From an uncultured euryarchaeote (GTDB lineage: Archaea; Thermoplasmatota; Poseidoniia; Poseidoniales; Poseidoniaceae), in NCBI GenBank assembly GCA_964014165.1, contig CAXGZM010000003.1, positions 1-39,576 on the forward strand: a DNA stretch of 39,576 bases. The letters are read 5' to 3'. Below are positions 28,262 to 37,376 of this stretch, one piece after another. Numbering within the stretch: position 1 is the first letter of the stretch; every line of letters begins with the position of its first letter. The notes under the pieces were generated by a model, which did no database searches, was not told the DNA's origin, and saw only the letters and a program-made list of their open reading frames with translations. The position numbers and the translations under genes were made by a program.

Positions 28262-29437
28262 TCATCCTTTGATGACCGACTTGAGAACGCGCAGCGTCGT
28301 GCTCTCGCCCGGGGTCATGTTCCCCATGGCTCGCATGTCCTCGAATTCAGCCCAAGCCTCACCCAAGCGCCCGTCGGCCCATGCGTCAAGGAACCACGGA
28401 TGAATGTAGGAAGAACGGCAGACGGTTCGGGTGTTGCCAAGGTTGGCAGCCACGGTGTCGATGACGGCCAGCATGGCCTTGTTGCGGCCGATGTCGGTCG
28501 TGGGAACGTCCCAGTCGCCTTCCGACCACAATTTGTCCATGGATTCCACCGAGGGAATGGATTTCAGCCATTTTTTCATTTCGGCGGCCGTTCGCTTCGA
28601 CGACAAAAACGCCAACCGCTCAGCACAGCGTGAGGTCGCAGCCCACGTTCTGAAGTTCTTGGCGGTGAAGCCCATGCCGCTTGAATCACGGATGTACTGG
28701 TTGATGTGTTCGGCCTTGAGGTCCACCTCGTTGCCGGCTTCGGAGATGTACATGAAGAGGTCAGCGTCTTTCGCTCCCAGGCGGTTGGTCTTGAGGATCA
28801 AATCCACCAGTTCGTCGTCTTCGATGGTGATGTGCCAGTCCTTGCCGGACTTCCCCGTGAAGGAGAACACGGCGTCGTGCCGACCTTCAGCATCGTCGCC
28901 TTTGAGGTGCTTGACGTGCATCGACTTGAGGGTGGTCAGCCCGTAGGATTCGTTGGCCTTGGCGTACTCGTCTGACCCCACACGAATGTTGTAGAGATCC
29001 ATCAGGCGCACGACCAGGGCGGCCACGGTGTTCAGCGTCATGCCACCTTCTCCGAGGTCCCGTATGACTTGACGTCGCAGACGAGGGAGTTGGGAGGCAA
29101 AATAGACCACGTCGTCGTACTTCATCTCGGTCGTGATCTCCGTCCAGTCGGGGTGGTAGCGGTACTGCAGCCGCCCTTTGACATCCCGACCCGTCGCTTG
29201 GATATGGCCTCGAGGGTTGGGGCAAATCCAAATGTCCACCCACGCCGGGGGGAGTCCCATGCTGTTCCACCGGGCAATGCGGTCTTCTTCCTCCACCGGT
29301 TCACCGTCGGGTGCCAGGTACTGCCATTCCACTTCACCCTCCTCGGTGGCGATGTTTTGTCGGGTGACGCCGCGCAGCGAAGGGTCGCTTCGAATCAGCG
29401 TTGCTCTGCGCAAGGCTTCATCGGCGTCAACCGGCAT
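28262..29437 (-). CDS. DNA topoisomerase IB, bacterial/viral short type
   Basis: PPAW.DIWI, GHIQATGRD.KGR.QYRYH, IRVG..EY...N.SYGLTTL, F.GKSGK, TAKNFRTW and LGNT..VCRSSYIHP; the catalytic R-K-R-N-Y set is intact. Confidence 0.95.
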   Translation of the reverse strand: MPVDADEALRRATLIRSDPSLRGVTRQNIATEEGEVEWQYLAPDGEPVEEEDRIARWNSMGLPPAWVDIWICPNPRGHIQATGRDVKGRLQYRYHPDWTEITTEMKYDDVVYFASQLPRLRRQVIRDLGEGGMTLNTVAALVVRLMDLYNIRVGSDEYAKANESYGLTTLKSMHVKHLKGDDAEGRHDAVFSFTGKSGKDWHITIEDDELVDLILKTNRLGAKDADLFMYISEAGNEVDLKAEHINQYIRDSSGMGFTAKNFRTWAATSRCAERLAFLSSKRTAAEMKKWLKSIPSVESMDKLWSEGDWDVPTTDIGRNKAMLAVIDTVAANLGNTRTVCRSSYIHPWFLDAWADGRLGEAWAEFEDMRAMGNMTPGESTTLRVLKSVIKG

Positions 29438-29478
29438 ACTGCGCCCCTTTCCTCAACAGGTCATGAACTTAGGGGCGT

Positions 29479-30429
29479 TTATGATTGAATGAAGTCCGGT
29501 CCAATGCCCACACGGACCGTTCCATCACGGTACAACCCGCGGTACATCAGCATGGTTTGGAAGGGCAGCACCACCTGGCCTTCGGTGTTCACGGCGATCA
29601 GACCGCCCCGTCCACCGTAGGGTGCCACCTCGTTGAGCACGCGTTCGGCAGCCTCATCCAAACCCGTGTGCTGATGGTGGACGGCGACCGAGTGGGCTGC
29701 GACGGTGCGAATGAAGGCCTCGCCCACACCGGTGCAGGAGACGGCCACCGTGGTGTCCGCCCACGTACCGGCTCCGATGATCGGCGTATCCCCTACACGG
29801 CCACGTGGTTTCCCGGTCATGCCGCCGGTGGAGGTGGCTGCAGCCACGTTACCGTGGACGTCCAAGGCTACAGCACCCACGGTCCCCCACCCGTCTTCCT
29901 CCCCGTCGTGATCGAGCAGCGCGTCCTCTTCGTCGGTGGCGCCGGGCCGGAGCCGTTGTTCCTTCCATTTCCTCCACTGTGCGTGGCGCAAATCGGTGGC
30001 GAACCAGGACCGTTCAACCTGTTCGAGCCCTTCTCGTTCGGCGTAATGGTCGCTCGCTTCTCCAGCGAGCATGACGGGCCAGCCGCGTTCCAAGAGTCGG
30101 TGGGCGGCTCGAATCGGATGCCGTGTGGTGCGCATGCCGACGACCGCACCGGCCGCTTGGTCCTGACCTCGCATGATGCTGGCGTCCATGGTGACCTTGC
30201 CGGTTTCGTCAAGGACCGAACCTTTCCCGGCGTTGAAGAGGGGTTCGTCTTCCATGGCTTCAACGGCGAGCGTCACCACCTCAAGCGCCGTGAGTTCACC
30301 GGCGTTGAGTCGACCTCCAAGGTCGTCGAGCAAGGATCTCATGCAGGCCACGCGTTGCGGGTCGGCGTCGGTCATGCCGCGCCACGGGCCGTCACCTCCT
30401 GCACCACCGTGCACGGCGAGGACGACCAC
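29479..30429 (-). CDS. iaaA: Isoaspartyl peptidase/L-asparaginase (Ntn hydrolase)
   Basis: HGGAG, FNAGKGS, MDASIM, autocleavage site GTVGAVA, AATSTGG, GRVGDTP and TGVGE. Confidence 0.92.
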   Translation of the reverse strand: MVVLAVHGGAGGDGPWRGMTDADPQRVACMRSLLDDLGGRLNAGELTALEVVTLAVEAMEDEPLFNAGKGSVLDETGKVTMDASIMRGQDQAAGAVVGMRTTRHPIRAAHRLLERGWPVMLAGEASDHYAEREGLEQVERSWFATDLRHAQWRKWKEQRLRPGATDEEDALLDHDGEEDGWGTVGAVALDVHGNVAAATSTGGMTGKPRGRVGDTPIIGAGTWADTTVAVSCTGVGEAFIRTVAAHSVAVHHQHTGLDEAAERVLNEVAPYGGRGGLIAVNTEGQVVLPFQTMLMYRGLYRDGTVRVGIGPDFIQS

Positions 30430-30438
30430 GTGTCCACC

Positions 30439-30921
30439 TCACTCGATGACGCTGCAGCGAATGATTTGCTGAGGTTCAGCGGGTCGGTCGCCAGGGAGCT
30501 TTCGGCAGCGCTCAATCGTGTGAACGACGTCCATGCCTTCACTCACGGCGCCAAAAACAGCGTGGTTGCCGTTGAGCCACGGGGTGGCCACGGTCGTGAG
30601 GAAGAATTGGGACCCACCGGTGTTGCGGCCGGCGTTGGCCATGGAGAGCACACCGGGCTTGTCGTGCTTGAGGGCGAGGGCAGAGGGCTCGCAGGGGATT
30701 TGCCAGCCAGGACCGCCGGTACCGGCTCGACGGGACATGGGGTCCTTGGAGTGGGGGCAGCCGCCTTGGATCATGAAGTCCTGAATGACGCGATGGAAGT
30801 GGAGTCCGTCGTAATGCCCCGAATTCACCAACTTGACGAAGTTGGCGACGGTGTCGGGAGCACTGCCGTGAAAGAGGTCGATGGTGATGTTGCCTGCGCT
30901 GGTTTCCATGAGAACTTGCAT
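30439..30921 (-). CDS. Cyclophilin-type peptidyl-prolyl cis-trans isomerase
   Basis: AP.TV.NF, FHRVIQDFMIQGG, LSMANAG.NTGGSQFF and HAVFG. Confidence 0.96.
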   Translation of the reverse strand: MQVLMETSAGNITIDLFHGSAPDTVANFVKLVNSGHYDGLHFHRVIQDFMIQGGCPHSKDPMSRRAGTGGPGWQIPCEPSALALKHDKPGVLSMANAGRNTGGSQFFLTTVATPWLNGNHAVFGAVSEGMDVVHTIERCRKLPGDRPAEPQQIIRCSVIE

Positions 30922-31008
30922 GCCACCACCACCGAGCGGCACTTGAAGAGGATTTGCCTCGTCTGCACGAATGCACAAGTTGATAATTCTCATGCCCAAA
31001 AATGTACC

Positions 31009-31461
31009 ATGAGCGACCTCATTGACATCCCCTTTGCAACCATGGACGGTGAAACCACCACACTCCGCGACCTCGGTGGAAGCCGATGGCTGGTCGTGAA
31101 CGTGGCCAGTGCCTGCGGGGCTACGCCTCAATATGCGGGATTGCAGTCACTTCACGAAGCACACGACGACCTGACCGTGGTTGGTTTCCCGTGCAATCAA
31201 TTTGGCGCGCAGGAGCCGGGGACGCACGCAGAAATCTGCGACTTTACCGCTTCGAAGTACAACGTGAGCTTTCCACTCATGGCCAAAGCGGACGTGAACG
31301 GTCCGGACCGTCAAGCGCTCTACGAAGCGCTGTGTCAGCACGCTGATGCCAGCGGCCATGCCGGCGACATCCGATGGAATTTTGAAAAATTCATCATCGA
31401 AAAAGACGGTGCCGTGAAGCGGTTTTCCAGCGGTGTCAAGCCCGACGCTTTGGGCCTGTGA
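31009..31461 (+). CDS. Glutathione peroxidase family protein (Cys type)
   Basis: NVASACG, GFPCNQFG.QEPG and WNFEKF. This is the real part of ORF 29485..31461. Confidence 0.93.
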   Translation: MSDLIDIPFATMDGETTTLRDLGGSRWLVVNVASACGATPQYAGLQSLHEAHDDLTVVGFPCNQFGAQEPGTHAEICDFTASKYNVSFPLMAKADVNGPDRQALYEALCQHADASGHAGDIRWNFEKFIIEKDGAVKRFSSGVKPDALGL

Positions 31462-32394
31462 TCAGGGCTTTTTGTAGCGCCGTTCCTTCAGGTCGTTCTG
31501 GTAGCGATCGCCAAACGATGCTCCGTGTTCAGCGATCCATTCCGAGAATTTCCGAGTACCCGTTGGGGGAGCATCCGACGCCATCAACCCCTGTCGCAAG
31601 CCCTTGATTTCGGCGCGCGTGATGACGTCGTCCTGCAACAACACCCCCAACACCCGGCCAAACAACCACGCAGCCATCGGTGGCATGGGGAGAATGACCC
31701 GTTTCAGCCCCATGGCCTTCACCATGTGACGGATGTAATCCTTGTAGCGGAACGTTTCGGGTCCGGTGACGTCGACCACGGTGTTTTCCTCGAGTTTTCC
31801 CTGTGCGATGGCGACTTCGGCAACGTCCTCAACATGAACCGGCTGAATGGGGTAGTTGCCAAATCCAAACACGCCAAACACAGGAAACCGTCGCAGCATC
31901 CAGGCGATGTTGTTGATGAGCACGTTTCGGTGCCCCCCAAACAGCACGGTCGGTCGTAAAATCGCATAAGAGAGACCTGATTTCTTGAGGAGCGCTTCCA
32001 CCTTGACTTTGCCTTCAAAGTACGTCCAGTTCGGGGCTTTGGTGGGGTTGGCCACCGAAAACTGCACCACGCGTTTGACGCCCGCCAGTTTTGCGGCCTC
32101 AAACAACCGTCGAGTGTTCTCCACCGCAGCGTTGTGGGCGAAGCGGTGCTCTTTCTTGTTGTAGCGAACCCAGTAGGTGTTGTACAACACCTCGGCACCG
32201 CGCAGCGAGTCCACCAGCCGGTCCATGTCGTCAAAGTCCAACCCGTGAACCTCAACACGCCCGCCGAAAGGGTCGTCCCTTCCCACCGCATTGGTCAGGG
32301 TTCGAACGTGAACATCCTCCTCGAGCAAGTGGTGAGCGACCCATCTGCCCGAGTAGCCGAACGCACCGGTCACAACGTGAAGCGGCCGGTCCAT
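31462..32394 (-). CDS. NAD(P)-dependent epimerase / NDUFA9-like atypical SDR
   Basis: VTGAFGYSG, Y..GK, ILRPTVLFG and QPVHVEDVA. Confidence 0.88.
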   Translation of the reverse strand: MDRPLHVVTGAFGYSGRWVAHHLLEEDVHVRTLTNAVGRDDPFGGRVEVHGLDFDDMDRLVDSLRGAEVLYNTYWVRYNKKEHRFAHNAAVENTRRLFEAAKLAGVKRVVQFSVANPTKAPNWTYFEGKVKVEALLKKSGLSYAILRPTVLFGGHRNVLINNIAWMLRRFPVFGVFGFGNYPIQPVHVEDVAEVAIAQGKLEENTVVDVTGPETFRYKDYIRHMVKAMGLKRVILPMPPMAAWLFGRVLGVLLQDDVITRAEIKGLRQGLMASDAPPTGTRKFSEWIAEHGASFGDRYQNDLKERRYKKP

Positions 32395-32573
32395 GCCCTC
32401 AACTCCTCCCTTAGAACAAGAAACCACGGGTCGGCTCGGACGGATGCTCAGCCGAATGCAGTGATTGTGGCCATGTCAACCCTCGGTGTTCATAACGAGT
32501 GGGCCGGGAGCCGCGCATGGAACGGTTGGTCCGCTGACGACGGTCGCGGGGTGTTCGTCCTTGAGGCAGCCAC

Positions 32574-34082
<1,509 letters not shown>

Positions 34083-34127
34083 CGTTGCGGCGCAAACATG
34101 ATGATTTGAGAGCGATTGATTCGGTGC

Positions 34128-35633
34128 ATGGGCTCCGTTTGGGTCGTTGATTCAAACTGTTTTATCCACCTCGGTCAGAAAGCCGAGGACGGTTTTGTTG
34201 AAGACTTGCAGGCTGTTTTGCGAGGCCGCCAGTTACTTATCACGCCGGGGGTCGAACAAGAGGTTGCCACCGTTGCTTTGCGCCGCTGCGAGGGACGCCC
34301 AAACCTGCTGAAAGCCCTTGATTCCATGCTTCACAGCGTCCCCGTTGACGAGGACGATGTTCGGTCCCTCGCCCAACGCATCGGGGAATCAGCCGCCCCT
34401 CAGGACGTGGACTTGTCGTTGATGGTGCTGGCCGATGGCTTGGGCGCTGAAAGCAGCGATGTCGTGTTGGTGTCGGACGATTTCAAAATGACCACCACCG
34501 CAGACCGCACCGATCTGCGCTTCGAAACATGCCCCCCCTCGACCTTTCTGCAACGCTTGGTGGCTGACGCACCCGATGCAAGCCGAGACGCCAGGTTCCG
34601 AAGCCTTTCGCGCCAGGTCCGTGCTGCAGAGATGAAGTACGCCATCAGCCGGCGCAGCGAGTACGACGTTCAGCGAAAACTGACCTGGATGGTTGATTCG
34701 TTGCTCTCCTCCAGCCACGCGCTGGCCAACGATGAGGAGCAGGACGCTGACCGAGTGGAACGTCGTCGAATTGCCGATTTGACCCGGGTGATTCGAGGCT
34801 ACAAGGTCAAACCAAAACGCTTGGAGGCATTGGGCGAACTGAAAGAGATTTGTGCCCCCGTCTCCAAGTTGGACAAGCACCTTTCGACCCTTCGGATGGA
34901 AGCGGACGAACGTCTTCACGACGCCATTGACGCCACGTCGACGCTGCTCACCAACGTGATGGAAGAGGTCGGCATGGGCCTCGCTCCTCTGGGAGAAGAA
35001 CAGGCTGAAATCGCTCATCGCGCCATGGCAGGGAGCCTGTTGCGCACCGAGTCAGCCCTCGGCTTGATGGCGCGTATGGCCGGCGACCATCAAAAAGCGC
35101 GGCGACATCTCGCCCGAGCGCTGCACTTGGCGACGCTGGTGGACGACGTGGGATCAGAATGCAAAGCCATGCGCCGGTTGGGCATGTTGGCGCTCCAGAG
35201 CGAGGATTATCCGCGTGCGCTCAACCTCTTCTCCACCGCTGCGAATCAACCGACCGTGCACGATGCTGATGCCGTCCCGTCCATGGTGCTCGCCGCCATC
35301 GCTTCGTCGTTGACCGGGGATGCCTCTACAGCAGAAACATGGGTCACCAACGCCTCCTCGCACCTCATGGCGGACCCTTCTGCGGGCTCCACCGTGCTTG
35401 AACGGGTTGGCAAGGCGTTGCTGGCCATCGATCGACCGGAATTGGCGATTGAGCTCTTTGACGAATCAATGGAATGTGCGACGATAGCGGGAGAAGAGGA
35501 ACGGCATGAGGTCCTCAGCACCTGCATGGTTCAAGCCGAATTGGCCCTCGATGACAGCGAGCGGGAAAACATCCCAATGCTTCGTCGTCTCCTGGACGGA
35601 CTCACGCCAGCGGCACAGGGGCAGCAGCGTTGA
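34128..35633 (+). CDS. PIN-domain ribonuclease fused to TPR-like repeats
   Basis: PIN acidic motifs VVDSN, V.QEV, DVD.SL and LVSDD; C-terminal TPR-like units (ARRHLARAL, LGMLA...YPRALNLF, VGKALL...AIELFDES). Confidence 0.8.
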   Translation: MGSVWVVDSNCFIHLGQKAEDGFVEDLQAVLRGRQLLITPGVEQEVATVALRRCEGRPNLLKALDSMLHSVPVDEDDVRSLAQRIGESAAPQDVDLSLMVLADGLGAESSDVVLVSDDFKMTTTADRTDLRFETCPPSTFLQRLVADAPDASRDARFRSLSRQVRAAEMKYAISRRSEYDVQRKLTWMVDSLLSSSHALANDEEQDADRVERRRIADLTRVIRGYKVKPKRLEALGELKEICAPVSKLDKHLSTLRMEADERLHDAIDATSTLLTNVMEEVGMGLAPLGEEQAEIAHRAMAGSLLRTESALGLMARMAGDHQKARRHLARALHLATLVDDVGSECKAMRRLGMLALQSEDYPRALNLFSTAANQPTVHDADAVPSMVLAAIASSLTGDASTAETWVTNASSHLMADPSAGSTVLERVGKALLAIDRPELAIELFDESMECATIAGEEERHEVLSTCMVQAELALDDSERENIPMLRRLLDGLTPAAQGQQR

Positions 35634-37245
35634 CGTCAGCTGAAACACCGGCTTCGTAGCGCTTGAAATTGTCCTTGAACATCGAGGCCAACTTGTCGGC
35701 GGTAGCGTCGTACGCCTCGCCGTCGGACCACGTTGTTTTTGGCTGAAGCACGTCGGCGGGGACGCCCGGACAGGAGGTCGGAATTTCGAAGCCGAATCGC
35801 TCGTCGGTGACGAATTCAACGTCGTTCAAATCGCCGTCAAGCGCAGCGTTCAGCATCGCTCGGGTGTACTTGATTTTCATTCGGCTCCCCTCGCCGTAAG
35901 CGCCGCCGGACCAACCGGTGTTGATGAGCCAGGCCGTGGAGCCGTGCTGGTCCATCTTGTCGGAGAGCAAATCAGCGTAGACGCCAGGGTGCATGGGCAT
36001 GAAAGGCTCGCCGAAGCAGGCGGAGAAGGTGGCTTGAGGTTCCTTCACACCGATTTCGGTACCGGCAACTTTGGCGGTGTAGCCGGAGATGAAGTGGTAG
36101 GCTGCTTGGGAGGGGGTGAGACGTGAAATCGGCGGGAGAACACCAAAGGCATCGCAGGTCAGGAAGATGACGTTTTGCGGATGGCCGCCCTTGGAATCAG
36201 CCGTTCGATTGTCGATGAATTCGATGGGGTAGGAGCCGCGTGTGTTCTGTGTCTTCGACGTGTCGTGGAAATCGGGCACGCCATCGCTGTCAAGAACGAT
36301 GTTTTCCAGCACCGTACCGCGCTTTCGCGTGGTGCCGAAAATGGCGGGCTCGTCTTCTTCGGAGAGATCGATGAGTTTGGCGTAGCAACCGCCTTCAAAG
36401 TTGAAGACACCGTTGGCGCCCCAGCCGTGCTCGTCGTCGCCGATGAGGGCGCGCTTCGGGTCGGCGGAAAGCGTGGTCTTGCCGGTGCCGGAGAGGCCGA
36501 AGAAGATGGCCGTGTTTTCGCCGTTGGTGTTGGCAGAGCAGTGCATGGGGAGAATGCCCTTCTTGGGCAGGATGAGGTTCATGACGGAGAAGATGGATTT
36601 CTTGATTTCACCAGCGTAGCGGGTGCCGCCGATGATGACTTCTTTGGCAGCGTAATTGACGATGACGAAACACTGGGAGTTGAGCCCGTCGCTCTCGGCG
36701 TCGGCTTCGAAGTGCGGTGCGTGGAGAACGGTAAATTCGGGCTCGTGCTCGGCCAGCTGTTCGGCGCCGGGCCGAATGAACATGTTTCGAGCGAAGGTGT
36801 TGTGCCAGGCGTTGTGGTTGACCACGCGGATGGGAAGGGCTTCGGAAAAGTCGGCGCCGCAGTACAAATCCTGGACGAAGAGCGCGTCTTGCTTGGACAG
36901 GAAATCGACGACCTTTGCTCGCATGCGGGTGAAGGTGTCCACGTCGGTGGAGACGTTGACGTCGCCCCAGTTGATGTCGTCGGAGATCGACGGCTCGTCA
37001 ACGATGTACTTGTCGTTGGGCGAGCGGCCGGTTCGCTCACCGGTTTCGGTGACCAGCGCCCCGTGGGCGCTCAAGACGCCTTCTCCACGCTGGATGGCCA
37101 TGTCGATGAGTGCTGTTGCCTCGAGGTTCCAGTAGACATCACCGCTGGGGGAGATGCCGTGCAAATCGAGGCTACCGGAGGGGGTGCCGTGGGTGCCGCC
37201 CATGTCAGCCGTTTCCGCCGCCCCTCTTTGTCCCTTTTGGCTCAT
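35602..37245 (-). CDS. pckA: Phosphoenolpyruvate carboxykinase (ATP)
   Basis: TGRSPNDK, YAGEIKK, MHCSAN, GLSGTGKTTLS, LIGDDEHGW, NFEGGCYAK and SACFG.PF. The start is 37245 or 37203. Confidence 0.97.
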   Translation of the reverse strand: MSQKGQRGAAETADMGGTHGTPSGSLDLHGISPSGDVYWNLEATALIDMAIQRGEGVLSAHGALVTETGERTGRSPNDKYIVDEPSISDDINWGDVNVSTDVDTFTRMRAKVVDFLSKQDALFVQDLYCGADFSEALPIRVVNHNAWHNTFARNMFIRPGAEQLAEHEPEFTVLHAPHFEADAESDGLNSQCFVIVNYAAKEVIIGGTRYAGEIKKSIFSVMNLILPKKGILPMHCSANTNGENTAIFFGLSGTGKTTLSADPKRALIGDDEHGWGANGVFNFEGGCYAKLIDLSEEDEPAIFGTTRKRGTVLENIVLDSDGVPDFHDTSKTQNTRGSYPIEFIDNRTADSKGGHPQNVIFLTCDAFGVLPPISRLTPSQAAYHFISGYTAKVAGTEIGVKEPQATFSACFGEPFMPMHPGVYADLLSDKMDQHGSTAWLINTGWSGGAYGEGSRMKIKYTRAMLNAALDGDLNDVEFVTDERFGFEIPTSCPGVPADVLQPKTTWSDGEAYDATADKLASMFKDNFKRYEAGVSADVNAAAPVPLA

Positions 37246-37376
37246 CAACAACTGCTTCACGGCGTTCAAGGGCGCTGCAAAGGGTACCGCTCTCCTGCGG
37301 AGAAAACCGGTCAAAATCGACGAGCATGGCCGTCCGTGGCGGACAAGTTCATGTCCAGCACGCCGTGGTGACAGGC

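Noticed and set aside
28262-29437. Tyrosine recombinase or integrase marking a mobile element
   Set aside because: The motifs are TopIB-specific (GRD.KGR.QY.Y, SYGLTTL, AK.FRTW); the flanks are housekeeping genes with no att repeats.
29485-31008. Apparent 658-aa fusion ending in glutathione peroxidase
   Set aside because: The first ~508 codons are antisense to iaaA and the cyclophilin. GPx has its own ATG at 31009 with a promoter element at -29.
35602-35633. Convergent 3' overlaps (PIN-TPR/pckA; also DUF2237/GtrA at 11341-11378) as antisense regulation
   Set aside because: Short tail-to-tail overlaps are common in compact genomes, and there is no further evidence.
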